A DNA stretch of 61,125 nucleotides, counting the filler, from Sphacelaria rigidula (Eukaryota): NCBI GenBank assembly GCA_964200075.2. It is 5 parts of 5 records of this genome, joined end to end, with 100 filler letters (N's around TTAATTAATTAA, not from the genome) between each part and the next. Parts side by side here need not be neighbours in the genome. Positions count along the whole stretch, not along the records: positions 1 to 12,147 come from CAXNAA020004080.1; 4 more parts are not named here. One strand, written 5' to 3'. The translations under genes were made by a program, and so were the position numbers. Shown piece by piece: positions 1-12,247 of this stretch. Under the pieces are notes generated by a model. The model made no database searches, was not told where the DNA came from, and worked only from the letters and a program-made list of their open reading frames with translations. Within the stretch, counting starts at the first letter, position 1, and each line of letters starts with the position of its first letter.

Positions 1-87
1 TTATTATTATTATTATTATTATATCCATCACATTAGCTCAATCTCTCGAACCCGTGGTCACAGACTGCAACATGTACTCAAAATAAC

Positions 88-342
88 GAGGGGTCTATAC
101 GTTTCACGTTACACGCTCACGCTCACGTTCACGTTCACGTTCATCATGTTTGTAAAATTCAACGTTCACGTCACCTTTCGTTTGGCACGTGAAAAAAACG
201 TTAACGTTACGTTGAAGTTTCATCTGAAAATTTATGTTACGTTCATCACGTAAAAAGGTGTAACATTCACGTTACGGTTCGGCCAAAACGTCACGTGAAC
301 GTAACGTGTAACGCTGTGACACGTGTAACGTGTAGACCCCTG
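88..342. mobile_element. hAT-like MITE
   Basis: Left end GAGGGGTCTATACGTT, right end AACGTGTAGACCCCTG (imperfect TIRs). Identical 8-bp flanks AAAATAAC at 80-87 and 343-350. Interior packed with CACGTT/AACGTG motifs. 8-bp TSD and CAGGG-type ends are hAT hallmarks. Confidence 0.85.
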
Positions 343-593
343 AAAATAACCTGCATCTCAGTGAAAAATGTGTTAACGCTGCACCACCGCGTTTTCGGGT
401 GCCAAAAATCTCTCGAACCCAGGTCCGACCCTTAGCAATGGACACCGAAAATCGCGCTCATCACTTCTTCTGGAATTTGTGTGTAGCATGAATCAAAGGC
501 ACGTCTTGTCCGCAATCGATTCATGCGGGACATATCGTGTGGAAAATGACAACAACGAAGCGCGGCGTTTCATTTGCAGTTCGCCAGACTCAC

Positions 594-883
594 CTATCGG
601 AGTGATGATGATATCCTCTGCTGGAATTTGGGCCCAGACCCCTCCGAAAAAATTCCGGACTAGAGTGCGAATATCTTCATGCCTCTGGTCACCCTGATAA
701 TTCCAACATACCGCATAGTCGATCGTGCACATATCGAAAGGCAATAAATATCATTCCTTGAAGAACAAGTAAAAGAACAAGGACAGAGCATACATACAAC
801 CGTGCTGTCACCCGTGCAGTCAACAAACACACACGAAGAAGCGGACGTTTGGCACTTGGAAACACGGCGTGCCGTTGCGATAT
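594..883 (-). CDS. Candidate 5' exons of a choline/ethanolamine kinase-like gene (partial)
   Basis: Phase-compatible AG/GT exons 883-798 and 693-594 give ...SSCVFVDCTGDSTV|GDQRHEDIRTLVRNFFGGVWAQIPAEDIIITPI. This resembles the segment just before the GGxTN motif of choline/ethanolamine kinases, but the motif itself is not seen. Possible further exon 1038-971. Confidence 0.45.
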
Positions 884-1755
884 CTTTCCATCGGATAATG
901 ATATTACAAATACGCATACATGATGGACAATTTCCCTCAACATGTATCGCGAGTACAAAAAAACACTTACCCAATTTGCGGTGCACAAATCGAGGTACAA
1001 ACCAATGATCATGTTCACCATTTCCCTCCCAGAATAACCTGGCTTCGCATCATTTTACGGGTCCGTCATTTTGGGGTCGACTACCATAGCGTTTGGCACT
1101 AACTGATCTCGAACCCATGGTCGGAAGAATGTAGGGGATAGTCGACCAAGACTATACATGACGGGGTAATCAATAGCCGAGACACGCTTTATACCTCGTG
1201 CAAAAAGAATGCTATATCCACTACCTGACAACTCCCGCTACCGTTGGTACGTGAATTTCCCTTGTAGTTCTCAAAACCAATACCAGAATATAATTTTTCG
1301 GAGCTCTCCTTTGTCACACACCGAATGGGTTTAGATTCTCTACCCCAGAGGGCATGTCATAACTTTAGCAGAGCGTAGTGCAAGTACCACGTGCAAAGAG
1401 GCATACGAGAGCGTACAGTGTACAGCTGAGCCATCCCATGAGAGGGGATAGCTCAACGCTTTGTTGCTCGTAGCAACGGGGTTAGGTGCCATCGCGCTCA
1501 CGGCACATCGCTGGACATCGGTATCAGGATACTCTTCACTGTCTCAAGGAATGTTTAGAAATGGATTTTCATGAGCGACAGATTGGTCCAAACATCCTTC
1601 CCTTCCAAGTGCACCATGAATCGCACGTCGCGCAAGTCCCAGTCAAGTTTGACGGCAAGACGGGTCATATGCATAGAGCAAAACATCGTGGGTTGACATG
1701 GAGAAAAAAATCACTCGCTGTCTGCCCGGTGTAACACAAAACTCACACTATTCTG

Positions 1756-1800
1756 CTAGCCTGTGACCACGGAAGGCGTCCGCATAAGATGCCCAGTACC
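1756..1800 (-). mobile_element. Helitron-like 3' terminus
   Basis: Minus strand reads GCGGACGCCTTCCGT (short hairpin) GGTCACAGG CTAG. A near-identical copy lies at 29213-29257 (+). Confidence 0.55.
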
Positions 1801-4200
1801 AATGTACCGCGCAGATATCGGAACGGCTTTTAATGTGAAGACAACAACAACAACAACACTTTCGCCACTCAGACTTTTCTCGGAAATCGTCGCTGGAATT
1901 CTGATACTTGCACGAGAGAAAGAGCAACATCTTCTTCATTGACAAAATTAAGTTTCAGGATCATGACACCAAAGCCGGGTGCCAGAGTTTCACCTAACCG
2001 GTCGTCGAAAGCCCATGGCTGGGTATACTTGGTCTAGCGTAGCTTGGCGACGGGTTAGCATTCACCCCTTGACCGGCAGGGTGGGTCATCTGGGCCTCAA
2101 AGTAACTGTCCAAGGGAAACGATACCGGATCAACAGATGACTCTCTCTGGCACTCAAAGGGAACATCGTGGTCTGTACGTGTGTACACGTACACCAGTCG
2201 CCGAGGCGGCCACGGCAGGGTTGAGAAGGCGGTGTTCCCCGTACTTCAGCCATTCATAAACCTGACAGCGACCCCCCTGAACGTCTGTACACCATGCATA
2301 TACACTTGGCGTCGGGGAAGAGGGTGCACCGAGTAGTAAAGTAGTCAACAAACACACGCGTCGCACCCGCCGCACCCACTTGCAAAAAAAGGGGATGAAA
2401 AAAGATGGTGCTTCACTTGACCGCAGGTCGGGATTTTGTATGCTTCCATAGTGTTGGCGCGTAGGACCACGGCGCGTGGGTTCCAGGGGCGCACTTACGC
2501 ATGGAGTGTGCAGCACCCGTCGAATTTCCGTGGGATGTAGATGCCGGACAACACCACGTGCTATCCATTACTCGAACATATATGGGGGCGGATGTGACAT
2601 GGATGCACTTTAAAAAAAATCACCGCTTTTTCCAGCAGTCATGTCATGCTAACCTTCAAATCCACTTGTTTGTCTGCTCGCACAGACCTACACAACCCTC
2701 TCACACGTGACCAGAAACGAATGAGCCACGTTCACGGCACCCAATAGTTGGCGACGTTTACACCCACTACACAAAATTTGGCGTTCACAGACGCAAGCAA
2801 CACTAGACGGTCATAATATTGATACAGCTGTAGACGGCACTGCAGTGTACCATTTCTTTGCCGAGGACAGCACAGGCGTGCAATCGGGTATAAAGTTCGT
2901 GTACAACCAAGAAAAAAATATCCGCGGCTTGGTTCGGCCAAGATACGATACGCTTACCAGTGATGTTTGGGATTCCTGGATGCGGTACGGGTGCCATTGC
3001 CTCGTGCGTTCAGTGTTGTGCAGTTAGGACTGTGTACAGTACTTGCTTGCATTCTGGTGTGACGCGATTTTTCAAAAGGATCATGACCGTTTTTAAATGG
3101 GTCATGACCTCAGATTGAGATCGCCCGCAATTCTCGGAACAGAAAGAAAAGTAATCTCATATGGTATCAGCATTTCTCAAGATTGAGAAAGATCATCATA
3201 TGTCACGGTTTTCAAAGGCCCCACCAAGCAAAGTCCTACACGCCGCCATGATTTCATCGAGTATGTCCTCGTCTGATTTTTGTGCGTATCGTCGTCATTC
3301 ACAGTTATGACTTTCGGGAAGATTTTCAGTCTTACGCCGGCCATTTATTTCATTTTCATATACACTTGTAAACGCCTAGGTATTTTGGCAGATGATGGTT
3401 CGTGTCGCGGGGTTTCGGGCTGTACACTGCACACGAGACGCCCATTTTTTTCAGGGTGAACTATAGCACGCAGTGAGTATGACCGGTCGTGAAAACGATT
3501 GAGATGAACTACAAAAAAAGGTTTTCGGAGGCTTGCACCGCCACGCTCCGTAGATCAATTCCAAGATACTTGATGGATAGATGAAGATTGCCCAGGATAT
3601 GTAATATATGTCTGAATGGCACTGTACTAAGGTGTGTGTTGTGTTGAGCTTTGTGATCGAGTGCGGAGTAAGTTGATCGCCAGACAGGTGAAAGAGAGAG
3701 CCAGCTCCGTTACGTTGCCAGCGGATACAACGTGTGTGAGGGGCACAATATTCTCCACAGCTCGGAGCAAAATGAGTTGGCGTGGGACGATGGAGGGCGC
3801 AGTTTGTCTCTGCTATGGTGTTCAAACACCTCCCTCGCGCGGACCACGTCTGTGGCGTTGCGAGATACTGCTGCTTTCGTTCTGCATCGTTTTGTACTCA
3901 CTCAGGCAGCGCATATTATTTTGGGATCATGAGCATTGTATTGCAGAAGATACACGGCATATTCAAATTCCCGTACACTTGGTCGATGACACACTTTGGT
4001 TGCAGTCCCATGACGCGTCGAACACAATTTTCTCAAACGCGCAATGACTTGACCTCAGTAAGAACTGAGCCTAGGCAGCTACTTTCAGAAATCTCCTGTG
4101 CTATGGAGTCTTCTGGAACAAGAACAACATGAAGGTTATGCTCAGACCACGATAGATCAATCGCCAAAGGTGTGGCAGAGATAAGTCGATAAAAAAAAAA

Positions 4201-4416
4201 AATCGACTTAACGGTCGACGAGGGAAAGGGACTGCTAAACCCCTCTCGCGATAAAAAATAAAAAGGCAAGCACCGCCGAAGGAAGGTGGAGTTACCATAA
4301 AAAAATAAAAAAGCTCCTGTGTTGACCTTCCTCCTGTGTGACCCCGGCTGATGCGCCCACATATCCCGAAAGGGGTAGACTGGCGCCCAGAATAAATGGG
4401 ACGACAACACACACAC
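4201..4416 (+). mobile_element. SINE family A, 5'-truncated copy
   Basis: Matches the 3' half of the elements at 58609 and 59062 (CGACTTAACGGTCGACGAG...GACCCCGGCTGATGCGCCCACAT...) and ends in a CA tail. Confidence 0.75.
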
Positions 4417-4846
4417 TGCGAATAAAACAACGCGGCAGAAAGTTGCTTTGCCTAGCAAATTCCAAACACCGGGACGACCAGGCGCACTTGACTCAACATT
4501 AGCACACAGTCCGCATTCATCACGGACTGTGCAGTGCTTTGCTGCTCCTTAAACACGTACAAGAGGCTGGTTGCCTTAATGTAAGCTCCTAGCAAGTACC
4601 CAAATGATGTGGTGTCTGCCTCCAATCCGACACATTGCAAAAAATATGCACCAAAAGTGCAGTGTAAGGCCCAGAGACCTCGAACTCGCCAGCAAGATGT
4701 ATGTGGGGTGCAGCCACCGTGGTTACTATGCTGTTTTTAATGAATACTTCATCCGCATCTCCTGTGCTCGAACACCCGGTACAGACTTCATATCTCTACT
4801 CACTACACTGGCTGAGACACCTCAACTTGCCCCGTATGGCTATTAA

Positions 4847-5873
4847 CCCTTTTGGGACTGGGCCTCCAGAACGACCCATGAGGCTGGTTAGGAATGGCGT
4901 GTCCTGCATATGCATGAAACAGTGGCTTCATGTTGCTAAAAAGCAACGTATGTAACCGCAGGGTTAGAGCAAGACCAAAAGTTTCATCCAAGCTATTTTC
5001 AGGTGCAGGTGCAAACTGTCTGTACTATAATTCGGGTGTTGTGCGCATCAGGTAATGCACAGATGTATCAAGCAGTATGAGTCGCAGTGGAGAGCATTCA
5101 ACAGAATGTGGCAACCGCCACTCGCCCCTCGTGACCTTGGATATTGTCCTCATCATCTTGCCACACAGCCCTTTGTGGTCGGGCTGGGCGGCGATTCCCC
5201 TCTTTGTCGCAAGCGGCGAATTCTCTTCGAACGATATGGGCGTTGGCGCCTGGAAGTACAGTACACCTCTTCGAGTGCAGCAGCAGCAGCAGCTGCCGCT
5301 GCAGACTCCCTCACATGTTCTGGGCAGTTCTCTGCGACGGAGACAAGCTGCCTATATACACAGCTTGTTCGTTCCCGTCGATTACATACGACCTCACCGC
5401 CGCTCGTACCGCCTCAACAGAGGGATACGCAGAACTCATGCCTCTAGCTCCGTCTCTCGTTGCACTGCGTCGCTAGATTCAGTCGCCTTGTGAACATGAC
5501 CACATATATAGTAGGGTACATTTATTCCCGAATTTCCCCTGAGCACTACGTGTTAGTGTTATCAACTAGGTTTACTATAGGATGGTGACCCCCAAAAAAT
5601 CGTGGGGTGGGAGGTCGGACCTATACAAAATGCAAGTAAATGATGAGAAAATCAGGAATCCGAGCCCCGACCACTTGGGCTGTGGGCCAGGGACAGGGTA
5701 CACCTACTTTGCAGTGACATCACTCCCGGCGACAGCCCCCCTCCACTGGTCGTTCGGATGTGGTCGGTAAATTTGGCCTCGCCGTGATTGGGCAGGTCGC
5801 TCGCAGACGTGTTTTTTGTTATTTTACCGATACATGGTGAACCCCTTGTTACTGAGCTCCAGTCCCAAAAGGG
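4847..5873. mobile_element. Non-autonomous piggyBac-like element
   Basis: Perfect 15-bp TIR CCCTTTTGGGACTGG / CCAGTCCCAAAAGGG, with TTAA on both sides (4843-4846, 5874-5877). No transposase ORF. Confidence 0.85.
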
Positions 5874-5878
5874 TTAAT

Positions 5879-6088
5879 AGAGGTATCTCAAACTCGGCTC
5901 CCGTTATCCTGGTTTGTTTTGATCCACTTTTCAAGTGAAAGTGATGGCGATTCATCAGATGATGAGACCCTTTCACCGCCAGGTCAGGTCCTCCTATGAA
6001 TCGCGATCACTTTCACTTGAAAAAATAGTACACAACTCAGAGCCAGCGAATAAACCAGGATACCGCGAGCCGAGTTTGAGATACGTCT
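5879..6088. mobile_element. Foldback MITE (GAGGTATCTCAAACTCG termini)
   Basis: TIR GAGGTATCTCAAACTCGGCTC / GAGCCGAGTTTGAGATACGTC plus inner inverted repeat TTCAAGTGAAAGTGAT / ATCACTTTCACTTGAA. Related ends at 11050-11134 and about 11230-11257. Confidence 0.75.
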
Positions 6089-7103
6089 CATATGACACAT
6101 ACCAACCACGTGAAGAAACTACGAGCAGCGAAAATCACATCAATTCGTGAGGCCAAGTGCACAATTTTGACCTTCAACCAGAGCTGCTAACATGCCCCAC
6201 GTCTGTGTGAAGCAACAGCAGATGTAATCAGTACAGCACAAGTTTTGTGCGATCGCGTTGTGGGGAATTATGGAAAATGACCAGTGTCTTACAGTTACCG
6301 CATATGTTTTGCCAGCGGTGGGAAAGTACCGATCGTCAGTTTGTGCCCTGCAATGGGTACACACGTCGGACGGATCAGCTCGTGACTGATCCGGGTCAGC
6401 TCATTTGGGGCATAGATCATGATCCGTCCGGGGTGAGCTGTCACCCATGCACCTTTGTCCGATGCTGATCCGTAGGATCCGCTTGACCCGTACATCTTTG
6501 CCGAGCGACGAGCTGTACGACCCGCTTCACACACACACTTTCGTGTACAACTGGTCGGCAGACCCGTGCCATCTGTACAAAACCCCACAGTTGTGATCTT
6601 TATCACTCGGGTCAGGCTAGCGCAGTACCTTGTCGTCGACCCGTGCGAATCGAATCTCATGTACACCAAAAGCTACCCCTTTCCCGTGGAATCCGAACCT
6701 AGTGTACAAGAAACCCTTTCTCGCACCCGTAGGATTCGGATCAAGTATGCAAGATCCGGATCAAGTATGCAAGGAAACAGTATTCAGTTCCCTCACCTGT
6801 TGACCTGTATGGCCCGGGTACAATATATGTTCACAAGCCCGTACGTTGACTGTGGCAACCCGGGCATACAGAACATGAAGTACTTATATTTTTTTCGAGT
6901 GGTTCCACAGTAGTGCTGCATATGGAACATGAAGACGTGCTCTGTCGGTGCATCCGAATGAAGTATACACCAAACAGGGTTCAGTCATCCTCACCTGCTA
7001 ACCCGTATGGCCCTGGTACAATGTTCATGTTCCCAAGTCCGTATGTTGGCTGTAGCAACTCGGGCATATGGAACATGAAGTACGTATATTTCATTCCGAA
7101 TGA

Positions 7104-7280
7104 GTCGTACATATCTGTCGGATGATGACCTGTATGACCCGTGCGATTCGTACATATCTGTCGGATGATGACCTGTGCTACCCGTGCGATTCGTACATAT
7201 CCGTCTGATGATCTGTATGACCCGTGTGATTCGTACATACATGTTTGATGATGATCTGTATGACCCAAGTATCCGTACAT
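7104..7280. repeat. About 43-bp minisatellite, roughly 4 copies
   Basis: Unit ATTCGTACATATCTGTCGGATGATGACCTGT(AT/GC)..CCCGTGCG with starts at 7146 and 7189. It lies in a larger degenerate repeat (6791-6895 similar to 6989-7095). Confidence 0.85.
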
Positions 7281-9406
7281 TATCTTCTTGGGCACACCTA
7301 TGTAATCCGAATCAGGTGTACACGAGACGTCAAGAAGAACCTGTGTATCCATATAACCCGTACAAGGAACCTCCCTCCTGATCGATGATATCCGGATCAC
7401 GAGGACCCTTCGATAACTACTTGAACTGTATCACCCGAATCGGGTACACAAGTGTGTTCACACTTGAGCTGTATGGCCCGCATCCTATAGAAAGTGATCC
7501 GTCCGACGTGTGAATGGGTAAGATTGAGACACAGTTTTTGCAGGAGGTAGCCATGAACACGACCGCTAGTTAACGCCAATATATTTGTGGTATAATGCTT
7601 CATCCAGTCTGCGAACCACACCGTATATTGTTCTTCGGAGGGGTGGTAATAAACGTGACACTAAACCAGGCGCGACACTGCATTCTCATTTTCCATGTCG
7701 TAGCAGCGACATTACTCTTCACCCCTCATCGATATCAGACACTGCAGTGCGGTAGTTATCGAGCGCAGCTCTCCGCTGTCCTGTACTGTACTACATTGTA
7801 CTCTCTGCCTGTGCCATGTACAGTGAGGTGGCACACATATCAGGCGACAGCAAGTGAGACACCCGACAGCGCAAAAAACGCCTCCCTGAGTTCCGTACAG
7901 GTAATACTCTGGGGGAAGTTCTCAAACACAGATCTGACGAAAAGCTGCCCATGCTGTTAAGTTCTACGATTGCGCTGCCGTGTACAGTATGCTGCGCATC
8001 ATCCCCGATGACCAGCTTTGGGCCGGTGCAGTGTTGCGATCGATAATATCGGCTCCGGCTCGGCAGAAGTCGAGTCGAGCCGTTTAGCCAGGACAGCATT
8101 TGTTTGTTTCTTGTCCGTTTTTCTCACTCCGTTTGTTTGACCCATCTCTTTTTGTTCCCATTTTTCTTCGTTGCCGAGGGTACGGGGGTCAGTTGATGTG
8201 CGGTAATCAATCATATCAACCAACAGCTGCGGCATCATCTTCATGGACGTAGATATCGTTTCAGAATTCTTTCGTTCTAAATTCGAAGTCTGCAGCATCG
8301 TGTGTGTGTGAGGCACATGGCGTCAGACAGACAGTGGGGGACAGAACTGTATCGTCTCATTACCCCTGCCGTTCGTTTCTATACAAGCTTCGAGTAAGGC
8401 CGTCGACCATGAGAACGTCGCCTACACAACGCCAACCCACAAACTCCATGCGATTCTTGATGGCAGAGCACCTTCCAGGAAGAGTTCAAGAGCACGACTA
8501 CAGACATGTACTGAGAGCATGTGTCGTAAGCTCACCGCCGCAACCGTGTAAGTGTAGATATTGTGCGAAGAATTCATGAACAGCTGGTCAGCGGTCCAGC
8601 GGTTCAGAGTGCAGAAGCTCAGATCCAGAGTTGTACGGCAGAATGAGATCAGTAGCAAATAGCGTAACTGCCACAGAGCGGCTGCCCCAGTAGCAGCAGA
8701 ACTTGGGTGTACGACGCGTTGAACATTTCACGTTTTAGCGTTTTGGAAGATGTCTTTCACTCACATTCACCTGTCTATGCAGACCCGTGGTCGAACCAAT
8801 ACGGAACCATCTGAAGGAAATATGAACTGAGACAGATTCATGGATACATGCATGAATCGAACACGTAGACCCGTACACGTATCACCACTATCTATCTATA
8901 AGGCATACCATTCAAGTTTGTTGACTACCAATAAATCAAGTACAAAGCAGCTCTGCGGTTATAGTGATTCCATCTAATGCGAGACTAGAAAAAATAAGTC
9001 ATTCGTTCAGAGTCCAGAGTTCAGAGTTCAAAGTTCAAAGTGTGAAAATGGTGCTGATGACGTGCTAACTCTACAACAGTACCGACTCTAAAATAGTACT
9101 GAATGCGGGACAGTACACTATTGATACAACAATACGGTCCGGTTTGGTACCGAACAATGCAACAAATACCCTGCCTGATCTGAAAGCAAAGCATTAAAGC
9201 ATTGCGAAATTCCGACACTGCATCTGGCCGCTTAATACTTGCATGGAATCGCTGCGCTGGGTCATCGGCTGGAAGGAATAGGAAAACCGTTCTGCGGTGG
9301 AGTGGACACTTGGCAGTATTTCGAGCGACCTGGGGGGGGGCTGCTAAATACTAAATCACCGTGGGAGATATAGATACGACTCGTACAAAACACATCTGAG
9401 CAACAG

Positions 9407-10670
9407 GCAACTTCGGTGCTGTCGGAAAATGGACTTGGAGTCGGACGTCGCCTCCGATTCCTGCGGCACTTACAGGGATTGTACCTCATGCATGAGGGGG
9501 GGAAAATGCAACTGGTGTGAGAATACCAACAGGGGGAACTCGTGTCAGCTAGCAGCCGAGTGCACTGGCAACCTCGTTACCGACAAGGCCAACTGTCCGG
9601 CTGCAGGAGCCGGCGTGAGTACCCGTAGAGAATTTGTCATATAATTGTAAGACACTTTTGAGTACACGTTTTGTATGTACATCGGCGTGATATTTATGAA
9701 CAGTGTAGATCCACGTATATTTCTGGCCGTATTCCCAGTTCACTGTCGGGTGGGCATAGCAATGATTCAGCGGCTCCTTGTCGGACGTTGCTCGTGTGGT
9801 TGCACATAGCGTGCAAACATGTTGATATACATGTACAGGGCATATGAGGACGACTCTTCGTCTTCTGCCGATGCATTCGCTGTGCGTACAAACGACGATG
9901 AAGACGATCTAATGCATTCACGAAGACAAACAGGTGGAATGGCTCAGTGAAATACGATGACTATTTTTTTCCGCATCTGTAGTACTGTTGTAAGAGTGGG
10001 GGGATCCAGTGTCCGGATCCTTTGGTCCTTCGATATTTCCTTTGCTGTTGATTCCTCATCCGTAGACAGTGCGGTTCACGTTTAGAGCACCGCACGTACC
10101 AGCCCCTGGGAACCAGAAGCTGTCAACATTTTTTGTGGAATTCAGTTTACTCACATGGGAGTGTACGGCGCTAGTACTGATGAGCTGGTCGCGTGGGGTA
10201 CAAAGCATTGTCCCTTTGCTTCCCAGACATGATACCATAGACTTGAGCCAAACAGTTACGTATGTACCTATCAACCAACGTCCAAGCATGGTTGGGCGCT
10301 CTTGCCACTTTGGTCATGCCTACGGGGTTCCGGTGGGTGTTTCGTGCATCCGGGATCATGGTACATGCGCTGTGAGTTCCTCCGTGTCTTTCTGAGCAAC
10401 GATGTGTGCGGCCTTGGTCGTAGAAACAGCAGAACAAGGCTGGTTGACAATACATGCTTGTCATGAAAATCTATCGAGAGCCGTATGTTCCAAATAATGA
10501 CGGACATCGTAATCTATGATACACAGGTAGTAGCAGGGTTGGAGCTTGTACAAGCTCTAAAATATGACGAGGACTGGTTTCTGGAAGAAGCAGTTGGTAT
10601 ATCTCAAGTTCGTGATGCAGAACAAACCGCGAAGAAAATCGTGGAACATACTCGTACTCGATCGTATTGA
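9407..10670 (+). CDS. 3' exons of a PSI (plexin-repeat) domain-containing protein (partial)
   Basis: Exon 9407-9614 (cag|...|gtgagt) encodes CGTYRDCTSCMRGGKCNWCE...CQLAAEC...NCP, the PSI cysteine spacing. Phase-compatible candidate terminal exon 10527-10670 (VVAGLELVQALKYDEDWFLEE...stop). Upstream exons are uncertain (candidates 2828-2984, 4675-4778, about 8467-8547). Confidence 0.55.
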
Positions 10671-11081
10671 TGCAATCAGGATGTGGACGTTTACCGTACA
10701 GTAGTAGTCAGAAGTACAGAAGCACGGCACAGCGGTCTCCGCAGCACCGACGCATGGTGCTGTATCCTTCACGTTTCTTCGAAGGTTAGAGAGTCGCTGA
10801 TTTTGATCGTTAACACTGCGGAACGCATGATGAGGCGTAGCTCGCCACTTTCCACCCCAGCCCAAGACGGACATTCGAACATTGCACTACAATAGTTTTT
10901 TTACACCGTGGTCGACTCATGTTGAACGACATAGGAACCAGCATTGTTTGGCGGGGATCCTCTTGAAGGCGGGTGAAAACGGACAATATCAAAACCCGCT
11001 TCATCGGGAGTTGAGCTTGAGTTGAGCGGAAACACGCGTTTTTTTTACCGAGGTATCTCAAAATCGAGGTTCCTGTTATGT

Positions 11082-11325
11082 TTCACAGTAATTTACAGTC
11101 AAATAAACCGGGAACCTCGTGTACGAGATACCTCTATTATAATAGGTGATGTCTTGACCGCTTGGCCGCCAGGGTAGTCCACCTGGATCATGCCCACTTA
11201 CACTTCACAGTAATTTACAGTCAAATATACCGGGAGCCTCGAGTTTGAGATACCTCTGAAATAATAGGTGTTATCTTGACCGCTTGGCCGCGAGGGTAGT
11301 CCACCTGGATCATGCCTACTTACTT
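11082..11325. repeat. Tandem duplication of about 122 bp including a MITE end
   Basis: TTCACAGTAATTTACAGTCAAATA...GAGATACCTCT...CAGGGTAGTCCACCTGGATCATGCC occurs twice head-to-tail with a few substitutions. Confidence 0.85.
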
Positions 11326-11789
11326 CAAGTGAAATTGAAGCCGATTCAACGAATGACCCATGGTCGCCGTCAAAGGGTTAACCCTTTGACTGCCAGGGTG
11401 GGTCATGGGGGTCACGCAGTGATTCAAATGAAAGTGATACCGCTTCAACTTCGCCTCAAGACGTGACCTCTGCTGGCGGTCAGAGGGCTAACACAGGCCC
11501 ACCATTGTTTGCAACTTGTCTCCCATCGTGACCCGTGATGTACAATGCAATCATACTGTATGACACCTCATCCTATGCGCCGACGGCGCTAGGAGGGGGC
11601 TACTGATGCAAATCAGACCGCTCCGCGTGCTTCATCACAGGCAGTTAGTTCAGCACACAGATTCAGAAAGAGAGGCTAAAAAGGTACGAGTAGTACACCT
11701 CAGCACCACACAGCCGCACAGTACAGTACAGTGCAGGATAGTGACAGTACCACGCATAGAGTAGTCTCATTTAGGGCTGTGCCTCATCG

Positions 11790-11860
11790 GTATATTGATT
11801 TTATTGACTGATTGTTGTACTTTAACTGACCCCCCAGGGATCCAGCCGTGGTGTCATGAC
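11790..11860 (-). repeat. Dispersed repeat resembling a retroposon 3' end with an AATC-type tail
   Basis: CACGGCTGGATCCCTGGGGGGTCAGTT...AATCA is also at about 26348-26410 (+), with a diverged copy at about 8180-8225 (+). Confidence 0.6.
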
Positions 11861-12077
11861 GGGCGTACCCAACAAGAACAAGACCGAAACACTCGCCGAA
11901 GAAAAGAAGGAACATGCGGGTACTGTACCAAACAAAAAGTCGAACAGAACGACATAGTAGACGAAGACGCAACAAAAAGAACAATCATAAAAACAAGCTT
12001 GTAAAGGAAGCGACAAAGAAAACAAGGCACTGGGCCCACAGATAGGGGCAAGCATTATGAGTTGCAAGGTTGTGCCG

Positions 12078-12147
12078 GTCGCCCCGGTGGCTCAGTTGGT
12101 AACCTCGTAACCTTCTGATGGTTGAGTTGGGGGGTTCGATTCCCGGA
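12078..12147 (+). mobile_element. SINE family A tRNA-like head, cut by contig end
   Basis: GTCGCCCCGGTGGCTCAGTTGG (A box) ... GGTTCGATTCCC (B box); same head as 58609 and 59062. Confidence 0.75.
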
Positions 12148-12247
12148 NNNNNNNNNNNNNNNNNNNNNNNNNNNNNNNNNNNNNNNNNNNNTTAATTAAT
12201 TAANNNNNNNNNNNNNNNNNNNNNNNNNNNNNNNNNNNNNNNNNNNN
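12148..12247. other. Artificial contig spacer
   Basis: 44 N + TTAATTAATTAA (stops in six frames) + 44 N. Confidence 0.98.

Noticed and set aside
2055..2095. Hammerhead ribozyme core on the minus strand (CAGATGA...GAAT)
   Set aside because: Both core boxes deviate from CUGANGA and GAAA, and stems I and III could not be formed.
7104..7280. CRISPR-like array
   Set aside because: Contiguous tandem units without unique spacers, no cas genes, eukaryotic context.
12192..12203. Regularly spaced TTAATTAATTAA palindromes about 12.2 kb apart
   Set aside because: Artificial linker embedded in N runs.
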